Below are positions 1 through 10,169 of a DNA stretch of 64,000 nt, piece after piece (the stretch's first letter is position 1; each line of letters begins with the position of its first letter). The notes under the pieces are model-generated. The model was not told the DNA's origin. It saw only the letters and a list, made by a program, of their open reading frames with translations, and searched no databases. A program made the translations under genes and the position numbers. The stretch lies in the IMG/VR virus record IMGVR_UViG_3300025437_000009. One strand, 5' to 3'. The DNA comes from a virus. Taxonomy: Duplodnaviria; Caudoviricetes.

Positions 1-2
1 TT

Positions 3-989
3 GCTAACAATGTTGTAATAAATCAATCATTGACAACCAATGGTACTTCAACATTCAATAGTCCTGCTACAGTAAATGCACAGTTAAATTCGCAGTCTAT
101 TGTTCCAAATACTACCGGCGTATATAATTTAGGTTCTGGAACAAAAACATATAATGATATAAATTTAAGTGGAAATATTGCATTTGCTTATGCAAACATT
201 CACTTTACCAGCAACAATAATTTAATTTTACATAATCGTGCATATTTGGGCAACGTTGATATCTATGTAAATTCAACAGTTGGTAATGTTAAGGCATTAG
301 AAGTCAGTGGATCATCGGGGTTAATTACCGTATTAAATGATCCAACAACTCCATATCAAATAGCTACAAAAAATTATGTTGATAACAATATTGCCAATGT
401 TAATACAATAATTACTTCTGTTAATTCATCATTGACATCTGGAATTAATCAATTACGTACTGATACTGGTAATTACATGACGGCTAACGTAGCCAATATC
501 AATGCCAATGCTGTTATTTTCCAAACAAGTACCAATGCCAATATCACAGCTGCTAACTTGGCTATTTCTGCATTAGTATCAAACACAGGAGTTTTGGCAA
601 ACAGTATACAGATCAACAATGCGAACGAACTTGCATTGGCCAATGCTATTGTAACAGCCAATACCGGTGTAGTTAGTTATGTTAATACCTTAAATGCTAG
701 ACAAACTTCTAATTTAAATACGGTAAACACTAACTTGACCAATAGTATTGCTCTTTTGGCAACTAGTACTGCGGCTAATCTAGCAACTGCTGTAGCACCA
801 TTGGCTACTATTGCAAGTCCAACATTTACCGGTACACCAAAAGCGCCCACCCCAACAGCGGGAGATAACAGCACACGGATAGCGACCACAGCATTTGTGG
901 AAACAGCGATAGCTAACCAAGTTACTTATACTGTATCAAGTAATCCACCATCCGGTACCCCAACATATAGTTTCTGGTTCCAGGTATAA
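3..989 (+). CDS. Tail fibre protein, 5'-truncated by the window edge
   Basis: Frame is open from nt 3. Asn/Thr/Ala-rich; C-terminal ASPTFTGTPKAPTPTAGDNSTRIATTAFV matches the phage tail-fibre repeat. Confidence 0.8.
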   Translation, partial: ANNVVINQSLTTNGTSTFNSPATVNAQLNSQSIVPNTTGVYNLGSGTKTYNDINLSGNIAFAYANIHFTSNNNLILHNRAYLGNVDIYVNSTVGNVKALEVSGSSGLITVLNDPTTPYQIATKNYVDNNIANVNTIITSVNSSLTSGINQLRTDTGNYMTANVANINANAVIFQTSTNANITAANLAISALVSNTGVLANSIQINNANELALANAIVTANTGVVSYVNTLNARQTSNLNTVNTNLTNSIALLATSTAANLATAVAPLATIASPTFTGTPKAPTPTAGDNSTRIATTAFVETAIANQVTYTVSSNPPSGTPTYSFWFQV

Positions 990-991
990 TA

Positions 992-2386
992 ATGTCACGT
1001 CAACCCTATGTGAATAATAACAACACATGGAGTCCGGTAAAAGGACTGTGGGTTGATAACGGCGGTACATGGACACAAGCCAAAGGCATGTGGGAAAATC
1101 AAAATGGCGTTTGGGTACGTGTTTGGCCACCTGATCCTGTTACTGCACAGATTCTAGTAGTGGGTGGAGGCGGTGGCGGAGGCGGCCCATCCGGATACGA
1201 AGGTGGCGGCGGAGGAGGAGCTGGCGGAGTAGTCTATAGCTCGAGCACAGTCATCTCAGCAATTAATACTACATATACTGTGGTAGTTGGCGCAGGTGGT
1301 GCACAAGATAACAATGGTGGCAATTCTAGTTTTGGATCTGCTAGCTTAGTAGTTGACACCGTAGATCAAACAATATATGAAGCACCTTATCCGGTATATA
1401 CTGGATTTTTAAATCAGTACGGAGTATGGAATTCTAATCCACCATCAGGTGCTCCTGCTGGAACAATTACATTAAATTATACAACTTATTTGGCAAATGG
1501 TGGGACATACACACTAATAACCAGTGCAGATAATCACACTAACAGTATTAGCTTCAACGGCGGATCATCTGTCCTGAGTGAAGATCAATGGTGGAATACA
1601 GCATCCACTACAGTATCACTTCCACCAGGAACAAACACTATAACCATCACAGCAACAAATGATGAGGGTCCTGCAAGCGTAGCAGCAGCTCTAATTGATT
1701 CTAGTGGCAATGTTGTTTGGAACACCCGCAGTCCCTTAAACGGTCAAACACACATAGCAGGACTATTAGCTTTGGGTGGTGGCCATGGCGGATACGGCCC
1801 TACACAAAATGGCCCGGGAGCAAATGGCGGATCTGGCGGAGGAGGCTCAGGATACGTTCAATCAGCCTCAGGTGGGCAAGGATATCCTGGTCAAGGAAAC
1901 CCGGGCGGTGTGGGTGTCTGGCAAGGTTACGGACAAGCTGGCGGCGGCGGCGGGGGAGGATATCTTACCGCAGGCAACGGTTCTAACGGTAACCAAGGCG
2001 GTGATGGTGGTGATGGTGCAATATTTACAGTTGTTGGTCAATCTTACTCAGTAGGCGGTGGGGGCGGTGGCGGCTACGGAAATCAAAGTTCTGGCGGTAC
2101 AGGTCCTGGCGGTCAAGGTGGATTTGGCGGTGGCGGCTCAGGTAATGGCGGTAATGGAGTAAATGGCACTGGGGGTGGTGGCGGTGGCGACGAACACTCG
2201 GGCATCGTACCTGGCGGACAGGGCGGATCGGGTGGAGTTTATGTTGGTTATGTAAGCCCAACTGGACAACCATTATTTCAAGGCGGGGACAGCATAAACA
2301 TTGTAACAAATGCAGATTTCTCTGCGAATATCGTACACATTTTCCAAACTCCGGGTACATATTCATTGGTTGGACTCAATACATAA
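992..2386 (+). CDS. Glycine-rich tail/virion protein with an inserted beta-sandwich domain
   Basis: Poly-Gly blocks (LVVGGGGGGG, GGGGGGAGG, YSVGGGGGG) flank a ~130 aa non-Gly segment; lies among tail-fibre genes. Confidence 0.7.
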   Translation: MSRQPYVNNNNTWSPVKGLWVDNGGTWTQAKGMWENQNGVWVRVWPPDPVTAQILVVGGGGGGGGPSGYEGGGGGGAGGVVYSSSTVISAINTTYTVVVGAGGAQDNNGGNSSFGSASLVVDTVDQTIYEAPYPVYTGFLNQYGVWNSNPPSGAPAGTITLNYTTYLANGGTYTLITSADNHTNSISFNGGSSVLSEDQWWNTASTTVSLPPGTNTITITATNDEGPASVAAALIDSSGNVVWNTRSPLNGQTHIAGLLALGGGHGGYGPTQNGPGANGGSGGGGSGYVQSASGGQGYPGQGNPGGVGVWQGYGQAGGGGGGGYLTAGNGSNGNQGGDGGDGAIFTVVGQSYSVGGGGGGGYGNQSSGGTGPGGQGGFGGGGSGNGGNGVNGTGGGGGGDEHSGIVPGGQGGSGGVYVGYVSPTGQPLFQGGDSINIVTNADFSANIVHIFQTPGTYSLVGLNT

Positions 2387-2398
2387 CTGAATTAGCGA

Positions 2399-2404
2399 TA
2401 AATA
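2399..2404 (+). promoter_or_regulatory. TAAATA late-type promoter (also at 4092, 5988/5992, 54423 and 56013 on +; 33612, 41946, 46178 and 51628 on -)
   Basis: TAAATA recurs in short intergenic gaps just upstream of start codons; resembles the T4 late consensus TATAAATA. Confidence 0.6.
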
Positions 2405-2423
2405 AGTAAAAGCGATAGATAAA

Positions 2424-4094
2424 ATGTCATATACAATAACAACAAGCGACGGATCCGTACAAATTACCATACCAGATGGTGGTTTTAATTCTACCACTAG
2501 TCTTATTTTACCAGGACCTAATGCCACTGGTTACGGACAATATCTAGATCAAAATTTGCTACAATTATTAGAAAGTTTTGCTAGTAATTCTGCACCGTCA
2601 GGAACAAATCTTCAAGGTCAGCTTTGGTTTAACAAGGGTGATCAAACTCTAAACGTATTCACAACAGAAGGATATTTGCCAGTTAATGGACTTATCGTTT
2701 CTGCTTCCCAGCCAGTTAATGCAGTTTCTGGAAATACTTGGTTCAGCACAACAACTAATCAATACTATTTTTATGATGGTACTACATGGTTATTAATTGG
2801 CCCAATCTATACCAAAGCACAGGGAGTTAGCGGTGCAATTCCTGTTACAGTCAACGATGCAGTAGCAGTTGGGCAAACACACAATATTTTAAAACTACAG
2901 TTCGGCAACGTTACTCTAGCCACACTCAGCAGTGATGGCGCTTTTACTCCATCCCCGGCTATTACTGGTTTCCCAACGGTCTATTCTGGACTGACTATTA
3001 ATAATAGTTTGTTTAATGGCCCTGGACAATTTTACACAAATTCTAATACCGCTGCTTATTTGCCAACTGACCCAACAATCATAGGTATTAATGCAAACGT
3101 GTCAGCACTGGCAGTGGCAACACAGGCTAACTTGTCATTGGTCAATACTTCAATCATAGCTGCCAACGCTAATATAAAAATTTATACTGATGCTCAGATT
3201 AGCACAGTTAACACTAATTTAGTTAATAACGTTGCTGCAATAAACTCTAACGTTTCAACACTAGCGTCAACAACTCAAACCAGTTTAACTAACATTAATT
3301 CAAATGTACAATTATTGACCACAGCATTGGCATCAAATGTATCGGCTATTAATTCCAATGTTGCTAACGTTTCTGTGGCGTGGCAAGCTAACGCAGCCAG
3401 TCAACAGACACAAATTGCTAATTTGACTGCCAACGTTTATAACAACAGCAACGTAGCCGCATACTTACCAACAAACTCAGGTGTAATAGGTGCCGCTACC
3501 CTACCATACAATACCAGCAACACAGCAGTAGCAACTACAGCATTTGTACAAAGTGTACTACCACGTGGTATGATTATTATGTGGGGAGGTATAACATCAT
3601 CAATTCCTTCCGGTTGGCAACTATGTGACGGATCTAACGGAACTCCAGATTTACGTGGTCAATTCATCATTGGTGCAGGTGGATCATACACAGTTGGCAA
3701 TACTGGCGGAGCTACTAGTGCTGGGATTACTATAACTAATCTTAATTTACCCGCACACTCACATACCTATAGCGGTACAGTTACAACTACCGGTACTACA
3801 AATACAGGCACCGCAGCAATAAATGATCCTGGACATCGACATCCAATATATACTCCTGGCGGTCAAGGATCAGTAAACTCAGGTAACGATTTAGTTGGAG
3901 ATAGCGGATATCAAACAACACAACGCTATACTGGAACTGTAACAACAGGTATTACAGACTCGGGCCATGCACATACATTCAGTGGTAGTGGATCATATTC
4001 TGGTACAACTGCTAATACAGGTGTTGGTAATCCTATTACAGTTAGTACTTTACCACCATTCTATGCCCTATGTTACATACAAAAAATGTACTAA
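2424..4094 (+). CDS. Tail fibre protein with tail-collar domain
   Basis: N-terminal GYGQYLDQNLLQLLESFAS..P...GQLWF anchor; C-terminal PRGMIIMWGG..IPSGWQLCDGSNGTPDLRGQFIIGAG collar motif. Confidence 0.85.
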   Translation: MSYTITTSDGSVQITIPDGGFNSTTSLILPGPNATGYGQYLDQNLLQLLESFASNSAPSGTNLQGQLWFNKGDQTLNVFTTEGYLPVNGLIVSASQPVNAVSGNTWFSTTTNQYYFYDGTTWLLIGPIYTKAQGVSGAIPVTVNDAVAVGQTHNILKLQFGNVTLATLSSDGAFTPSPAITGFPTVYSGLTINNSLFNGPGQFYTNSNTAAYLPTDPTIIGINANVSALAVATQANLSLVNTSIIAANANIKIYTDAQISTVNTNLVNNVAAINSNVSTLASTTQTSLTNINSNVQLLTTALASNVSAINSNVANVSVAWQANAASQQTQIANLTANVYNNSNVAAYLPTNSGVIGAATLPYNTSNTAVATTAFVQSVLPRGMIIMWGGITSSIPSGWQLCDGSNGTPDLRGQFIIGAGGSYTVGNTGGATSAGITITNLNLPAHSHTYSGTVTTTGTTNTGTAAINDPGHRHPIYTPGGQGSVNSGNDLVGDSGYQTTQRYTGTVTTGITDSGHAHTFSGSGSYSGTTANTGVGNPITVSTLPPFYALCYIQKMY

Positions 4095-4120
4095 ATATAA
4101 CAGTATTCAAAGGATAAAGC

Positions 4121-5986
4121 GTGTCTTATACAATTAACTTAACTAACGGATCATTATTATCAACTGTTTCTGATGGAACAATTGATATTACCAGTTCCAG
4201 TTTAACCTTAATTGGTAGAGACTATTCCGGCTACGGAGCTTTTTTAAACGAAAACTTTGTTAAAATGTTAGAGAATTTCTCTAATACATCAAGTCCACCC
4301 AGTCCCTTAAAAGGACAACTATGGTGGGATTCTACCAACAACGTCCTGCGTGTTTGGTCTGGTACAAGTTGGAAAATTTCAACCGGTGCAACATCGTCGG
4401 GTACAGCACCAACTGACCTAAGTGCCCTCGGTGGCGACTTATGGTTTGATACTATTAATCAACAGCTAAAAGTATATACTGGTACAGGATTCCTTGTAGT
4501 TGGTCCTCCGAGTACACCTGCTACGGGCAACACAGGAACATTCCCAGTTCTAATGACTGATACCAGTTCTGGTACACACGTAGTAATACAGTTTATCATT
4601 GCTGGTACCATTTACGCAGTATTTTCTAAAGATACATTTTCTACTACACTACCTGGGTTCACTAATATTGTACCAGGTCTTAATTTTAATTTATCTGTTG
4701 CCCAAACACTGGGATTGAATACTCAAAGTGCTAGCGCCTTACCTAGCACACTGGTATTGAGAGACAGCGCATCTGGAATTACTGGCGCGGCAATTAACGG
4801 TACAGTTGTTACAGCATCAACAGTTAATGCTGGATCACTCAACGGTACATTCAATGGAACTTTAAACGGAAACGTTTCAGCAACCACAGTCAGCGCAACA
4901 ACAATGACGTCCCAGGTATTTACAGCACTATCTGGATTTACTGGAACACTACTAACACCTAGTCAGACTAACATAACTGGACTAGGTAATATTACTAATT
5001 TAAATACTAACGGTACCACAACACTATCAGGTACTACTAACATAAATGGATCAGGCTACTACAACGGATCGCCTATTGCAACAATTGGTGGATCTGCATC
5101 GTTCTCGTCTATTAATAATACACCAATTGGCAATATTACACCAAGTACTGGTGCATTTACTACACTGGCAGGTACACTAACTACCGCGGTACAACCAAAT
5201 TTAACAACAGCACTGACTTTAGCTAATATCGGTACTGTTACAGCAGGAACATGGCATGCCAACGTTATTTCACCAACTTATGGTGGTACTGGCGTCAACA
5301 ATGGTTCTAACACACTGACCCTATCTGGTAGCTACACATTAAATCAAAGTGTTGCTAGCGGAGCAGCACCAACCCTAACCGGTACAAATTTTAGCAGTAT
5401 TCCAAACGGTGCATTAACTAACAACTCTATTACAGTTACAGCAGGTACAGGTTTAACTGGTGGCGGAACAGTCGCTCTAGGCGGTAGTGTAACTGTTAGT
5501 TTAGCCGGTTCCGGCGCAGTTACTAGTTTATCAGCTGGTACAGGAGTTTCCCTATCGGGATCAACTGGTGCTGTTACAGTTAGCATTGGACAAGCAGTTG
5601 GCACAGGTAATAGTCCAACTTTTGCTGGCCTAACAGTAAACGGATCAATAAACGCTACGGGCGATATTACATCCAATTATTCGGACGATCGATTAAAAAC
5701 ACGAGTCAGTAAGATTGACAATGCCCTGGATAAGGTGTTATCATTGACAGGATTCATATACGAACCAAACGAGATAGCACAAGGTTTGGGTTATGAAGTA
5801 CGTAGAGATGTTGGTATTAGTGCTCAAGATGCTAAACGTATTTTACCAGAACTTACTGCGCCGGCCCCGATTGATCCACAATACTTAACTGTTAAGTATG
5901 ATCGACTATCTGCACTATTGGTCGAAGCTATTAAAGAATTAAAAGGTCAAATTGACGACATAAAATCAATTTTAGCAACAAAATAA
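4121..5986 (+). CDS. Tail fibre protein with C-terminal intramolecular chaperone (peptidase S74-like)
   Basis: N-terminus paralogous to 2424..4094; C-terminal YSDDRLK...GISAQD..RILPEL..YLTVKYDRLSALLVEAIKEL; GTG start. Confidence 0.85.
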   Translation: MSYTINLTNGSLLSTVSDGTIDITSSSLTLIGRDYSGYGAFLNENFVKMLENFSNTSSPPSPLKGQLWWDSTNNVLRVWSGTSWKISTGATSSGTAPTDLSALGGDLWFDTINQQLKVYTGTGFLVVGPPSTPATGNTGTFPVLMTDTSSGTHVVIQFIIAGTIYAVFSKDTFSTTLPGFTNIVPGLNFNLSVAQTLGLNTQSASALPSTLVLRDSASGITGAAINGTVVTASTVNAGSLNGTFNGTLNGNVSATTVSATTMTSQVFTALSGFTGTLLTPSQTNITGLGNITNLNTNGTTTLSGTTNINGSGYYNGSPIATIGGSASFSSINNTPIGNITPSTGAFTTLAGTLTTAVQPNLTTALTLANIGTVTAGTWHANVISPTYGGTGVNNGSNTLTLSGSYTLNQSVASGAAPTLTGTNFSSIPNGALTNNSITVTAGTGLTGGGTVALGGSVTVSLAGSGAVTSLSAGTGVSLSGSTGAVTVSIGQAVGTGNSPTFAGLTVNGSINATGDITSNYSDDRLKTRVSKIDNALDKVLSLTGFIYEPNEIAQGLGYEVRRDVGISAQDAKRILPELTAPAPIDPQYLTVKYDRLSALLVEAIKELKGQIDDIKSILATK

Positions 5987-6018
5987 GTAAATAAATATAT
6001 TCACAGGAATAGAAAAAT

Positions 6019-6957
6019 ATGGCGTACTCACAAGGTGGCTTAATTGCTGCATCAGATTATAATGGTTTTGTCAACGGTTCAAACCAGTTAAACACCGTTT
6101 GGTCCACTGGCACAGGTAACGCTGGCTACGGACAAACTGCGATATCAGCAGTATCTGGTAGCGGCTTAGTAACAGCCACACAATGGGCTAGTTTAATTAA
6201 CACATTAAATAGTGTTTTAACACACCAAAGTGGTAGCGGATCCGGCATCAGTGGTAGTATTACTAGTGGACAAACTATCAACTACCTAAGTACACTATCC
6301 ACAAACGTCAATACTGCTTACACAAACCGTTCAAATTTTGCTTCACAAGGTTCTACAACTACTGGTTCAGTATTCAGTCCAAACTTTACAGCAGTAAACG
6401 GTGCTACTGCCCAAACATATACAATTACTCGTACAGCAACATTTAGTTCGGGCGATGCTGCACGCTACTTCTTTAATGCTGGCGGCCAACTTAACTTTAT
6501 TTTCACAAGTACCACAGTAGGTGACGGCACAGCACGCTCAACTGATCTACAAACATTGATCAGTACCAATTTGGTAAGCTATCCAGCGTTCCGTTCCGCT
6601 ACAGGCGGCGGACGTAGTGGCACAGGTGGAACAGTCAACACCAACGCAACCAACATCGGGTACTACCAATTAACTACAACCAATCAAACATTGACGCAAA
6701 TCACATCAACTACTTCTGGCTACACCGGAGATTATGTAATTTTGGCGGTGAAATCAAATGGTGTACAGGGCGCACATGCTGACGTTGGTAGCGTTATTAC
6801 ATTCACCGTGACTATCTATAGTGCAGCACGTACTGACCCAACATTGGGTGCTCAGTTTAACGACTCAATTAACATTACCCCAAACCATCGTATTGACGTG
6901 GTATATCCAGAAACAACTAACCTAACTAACACTTGGGGTACAGTAACAATCGCTTAA
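6019..6957 (+). CDS. Putative virion structural protein
   Basis: Ser/Thr/Gly-rich, almost no Cys or charge clusters; preceded by tandem TAAATA and an AGGA RBS. Confidence 0.65.
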   Translation: MAYSQGGLIAASDYNGFVNGSNQLNTVWSTGTGNAGYGQTAISAVSGSGLVTATQWASLINTLNSVLTHQSGSGSGISGSITSGQTINYLSTLSTNVNTAYTNRSNFASQGSTTTGSVFSPNFTAVNGATAQTYTITRTATFSSGDAARYFFNAGGQLNFIFTSTTVGDGTARSTDLQTLISTNLVSYPAFRSATGGGRSGTGGTVNTNATNIGYYQLTTTNQTLTQITSTTSGYTGDYVILAVKSNGVQGAHADVGSVITFTVTIYSAARTDPTLGAQFNDSINITPNHRIDVVYPETTNLTNTWGTVTIA

Positions 6958-6968
6958 TCCATATTAAG

Positions 6969-6997
6969 TTGACATCCGGGGTGTAGTATAGTATAAT
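6969..6997 (+). promoter_or_regulatory. sigma70-type promoter
   Basis: Perfect TTGACA-N17-TATAAT upstream of the 7022 gene and the glycan island. Confidence 0.85.
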
Positions 6998-7014
6998 AAC
7001 TATCTACACCTTTT
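6980..7014 (+). terminator. Hairpin plus U-tract overlapping the promoter
   Basis: GGTGTAG-t-ATAGT/ACTAT-CTACACC stem, loop ATAATA, followed by TTTT, directly after the structural gene block. Confidence 0.55.
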
Positions 7015-7021
7015 ATTCTAT

Positions 7022-7336
7022 ATGAGCGAACTCGAAAAAATTACTGACGAAATCCGTCGGGCAACTGATTATCAGATCAACAAAAAGATTCTTCGCGAGA
7101 AGATCCAAACCGATTTGCACGTTGCATATAACGGTGGCCTGTTCAAAGTAACTCCTGAACTGTTGGCATTTGTAGCTACATATAGATATACTACAATGTA
7201 TATTGAAGACACATATCATAATCCCATTGAAGTTGAACGTGACGAGTTTCGTACACTATGTGAAGAACACTATCAACTAGTAATGAATCGATGGCATCAA
7301 GAACATAATGAACTCAAACGAATCCGTAAAGTCTAG
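7022..7336 (+). CDS. Hypothetical protein
   Basis: 104 aa ORF directly downstream of the consensus promoter; overlaps the next gene. Confidence 0.7.
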   Translation: MSELEKITDEIRRATDYQINKKILREKIQTDLHVAYNGGLFKVTPELLAFVATYRYTTMYIEDTYHNPIEVERDEFRTLCEEHYQLVMNRWHQEHNELKRIRKV

Positions 7337-8120
7337 AGGTGTAGTAGTATTTGCTTTTAATACTACCATAGACTATGTTGCTATTGCAGATCAAACAAGT
7401 CGACTGATTGGCCACACATTAAATTTACCCATTACACTGATCACTGACTTAGATAGCACACCCAAGTTTGCATACGATCATATTGTTCGAATAGAAAAAC
7501 AGGGCGACACATTTAAAACAGAAGATATGTCGTTCCGCTGGAGAAATCTTGGTAGACATTTAGCCTATGATCTCAGTCCCTACGATGAAACAGTTTTACT
7601 GGATACTGATTATCTTGTATTGGATGATAGCCTATTAAAATTGTTTGCTACAGATTTTGATTATCGGTTAATGCACCACAATGCAACACCCGAAGGACCA
7701 AGTTATGAACTAATGGGTGAAACAAGCCTTCCGTTTATTTGGGCCACAGTAGTCCTTTTTAGAAAAACAGAACGTGCTAGGTTATTTTTTGATCTTGTAG
7801 GGCGAGTTCAACGGAACTACGCCTACTATCGTGCTTTGTACAATATTCGTGAAGGAAATTTCCGTAATGACTATGCATTTGCTATAGCTAACAATATCAT
7901 TAGTGGTTATTCCTTAAATGAAGACCAAGGCATTCCTTGGCGCATGTTTACACTAGAAAAGAAAATTGAACGTATAATATTAAAGGATAATTTTATACAC
8001 GTACATCACAACGAAACAGCTACAGTGGTGCCATACCAAAATATACATGTGATGGATAAGTGGTATTTACAAAGTAGTGAATTTGAACAATTAGTGGAGG
8101 CTATAGTTGAGCCAACATAA
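7308..8120 (+). CDS. GT-A-like nucleotide-diphospho-sugar transferase
   Basis: SPYDETVLLDTDYLVL (DxD motif), WATVVLFRK, FRNDYAFAIA. Confidence 0.65.
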   Translation: MNSNESVKSRGVVVFAFNTTIDYVAIADQTSRLIGHTLNLPITLITDLDSTPKFAYDHIVRIEKQGDTFKTEDMSFRWRNLGRHLAYDLSPYDETVLLDTDYLVLDDSLLKLFATDFDYRLMHHNATPEGPSYELMGETSLPFIWATVVLFRKTERARLFFDLVGRVQRNYAYYRALYNIREGNFRNDYAFAIANNIISGYSLNEDQGIPWRMFTLEKKIERIILKDNFIHVHHNETATVVPYQNIHVMDKWYLQSSEFEQLVEAIVEPT

Positions 8121-8958
8121 AGAACAACAAGGATTTGTTACCTTTGCACAAAACACAGACGCAGTGGATTATTTGGAGCTTGCTTACCTGCAGGCACTTA
8201 ACATTAAGGCAACGCAGAAGAATAACCGGTATGCGGTAATTGTTGATGCAACCACTAAGGAGAAAGTAAATGACTCTCATCGTAATACTTTTGATTATAT
8301 TATTGATCTGCCCACCGATTATAATGACACTTCCTCTGATAGAAAGTTTGCTAACGAATGGCAAGTCTTTCGTCTTACGCCTTTTAAAGAGACTATTAAA
8401 TTAGAATCAGATTTATTGTTTACAAGAAGTATTGAACATTGGTGGACTGCATTTAGATTACGGAATGTTTGTTTAAGCACAGGTGCTAAAACATTTGGCG
8501 GAATCAATGGAACTATACGCAAGTATCGGGAATTGTTTGATGCTAATCAGTTACCGGATGTCTACAACGGCCTAATGTATTTCCGCTATAGTCAAGACGC
8601 ACACAATTTTTTTGAAGCCGCACGTTATATACAGCAGTATTGGGAATATGTAAAAACTGGTCTTAAAAAATGCGTTGAAGACAAACCCAGTACAGATGTG
8701 CTATACGCATTAGCTGCACTAATGGTTGGTGAAGAAACCTGCACAATGCCTAGTATGGACTTTATAAACTTTGTACATATGAAGTCTGGATTCAATGGAT
8801 GGTCGGACACACAAAGTTGGTTAGAAACTGTTATGACAGAACGAGACGGTGATGTTATTCGAATCAATAACTTAAACCAATATGGCCCTGTACATTACTA
8901 CGATAAGAATTACTGCACTAAAGAACTAATTGAATATTATGAGTCCAGAAGAACTTAA
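8107..8958 (+). CDS. GT-A-like transferase, paralog of 7308..8120
   Basis: TPFKETIKLESDLLF aligns with the SPYDETVLLDTDYLV motif; YNGLMYFR, TDVLYALA. Confidence 0.6.
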   Translation: MSQHKEQQGFVTFAQNTDAVDYLELAYLQALNIKATQKNNRYAVIVDATTKEKVNDSHRNTFDYIIDLPTDYNDTSSDRKFANEWQVFRLTPFKETIKLESDLLFTRSIEHWWTAFRLRNVCLSTGAKTFGGINGTIRKYRELFDANQLPDVYNGLMYFRYSQDAHNFFEAARYIQQYWEYVKTGLKKCVEDKPSTDVLYALAALMVGEETCTMPSMDFINFVHMKSGFNGWSDTQSWLETVMTERDGDVIRINNLNQYGPVHYYDKNYCTKELIEYYESRRT

Positions 8959-9286
8959 AGCATATTGGGCAGAGGTAAAACCCGAAATATCAACACAACT
9001 TGAATATAGATTGCATTATAATGATGATGGTGATATTACAATGTGTAGTATGCAACAACACCCAGAATCAACTCAGTATATTGTAGTAACAAAAGAAGAA
9101 TATGATAACTATTTTCGGTATTGTGTGGTCAAAGGACAACTAGTTAAAATTGAACATAATTCAAAATATCGTGTCAGACTTAAAAAATCTACAAAGGGAT
9201 TTCCTACAGTAGCAGGACACGCAGGACTTGTAATAGAAGCAGATGAAGTATATAATAACGTAGAATACTATGAGCCAAATAATTGA
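8939..9286 (+). CDS. Hypothetical protein
   Basis: ORF overlaps both neighbours within the operon; probable start MSPEEL. Confidence 0.65.
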   Translation: MSPEELKAYWAEVKPEISTQLEYRLHYNDDGDITMCSMQQHPESTQYIVVTKEEYDNYFRYCVVKGQLVKIEHNSKYRVRLKKSTKGFPTVAGHAGLVIEADEVYNNVEYYEPNN

Positions 9287-10169
9287 CGTAGCAGATTTAG
9301 ACTGCATTTACCTAACCTATGATGAACCAAATAAAGAACAAAATTGGATCCATATACAAAATATGGTTCCCTGGGCCCGTCGTGTGGATGGTGTTAAAGG
9401 GTCAGACGCCGCCCACAAAGCCGCCGCTGATGAAAGTAGCACTGACCGTTTTATTCTTATTGACGGTGACAATATCCCAGATCCTAATTTCTTTAATCTC
9501 CAGCTGGCACTAGACGATACAAATAAAGATTGTGTATTCCGTTGGCGGGCTCGTAACGCTATTAATGGCCTAATGTATGGCAATGGCGGATTAAGTTGCT
9601 GGACTCGAGACTTCGTCTACAGTATGCGTACACACGAAGCTAGTGACGGCACCACAGAAAACGATGTAGAGTTTTGTTTTTACCCTAACTACTGGGCTAT
9701 GAGTGACTGCTATTCAACTACCTATCCTAATGCTACTCCTTTCCAGGCTTGGCGTGCTGGCTTCCGTGAAGGTGTTAAGATGTGTTTAGATCGCGGAGCA
9801 AAGCCCACGCTACAAGAGTTTGAATCACGTGTGCATGGCCGCAACTACGATCACTTGTGTATTTGGCAATCAGTTGGTGCCGATGCTGACAACGGTTTTT
9901 ATAGTATCTTGGGTGCTAGAACAGGTACTTATATGACCATGCTGACCGAGTGGGACTATCGAGTAGTACAGGACTTTTCTGTACTAGAACAAATTTGGCA
10001 AAACAACGGAGCAGAGGATCAAGACACTGATCGGTGCAGTGAGTTAGGGGATATACTGCGTCATCAGTTAGGACTACCTATTGTTGATATGGATCCGGAT
10101 GCAAGTAAGTTTTTTAAACATCATTACAAAAGTCAGTTTCGTAATCAAGGACCAATGATCCGTGAGTAA
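9270..10169 (+). CDS. GT-A-like glycosyltransferase
   Basis: RVDGVKGSDAAHKAAA...RFILIDGDN (DxD), YGNGG, AWRAGFREGVKM. Confidence 0.65.
   Translation: MSQIIDVADLDCIYLTYDEPNKEQNWIHIQNMVPWARRVDGVKGSDAAHKAAADESSTDRFILIDGDNIPDPNFFNLQLALDDTNKDCVFRWRARNAINGLMYGNGGLSCWTRDFVYSMRTHEASDGTTENDVEFCFYPNYWAMSDCYSTTYPNATPFQAWRAGFREGVKMCLDRGAKPTLQEFESRVHGRNYDHLCIWQSVGADADNGFYSILGARTGTYMTMLTEWDYRVVQDFSVLEQIWQNNGAEDQDTDRCSELGDILRHQLGLPIVDMDPDASKFFKHHYKSQFRNQGPMIRE

Noticed and set aside
1160-2240. GGC/GGT-rich quasi-repeats
   Set aside because: Explained by poly-glycine coding; not a DNA repeat element.
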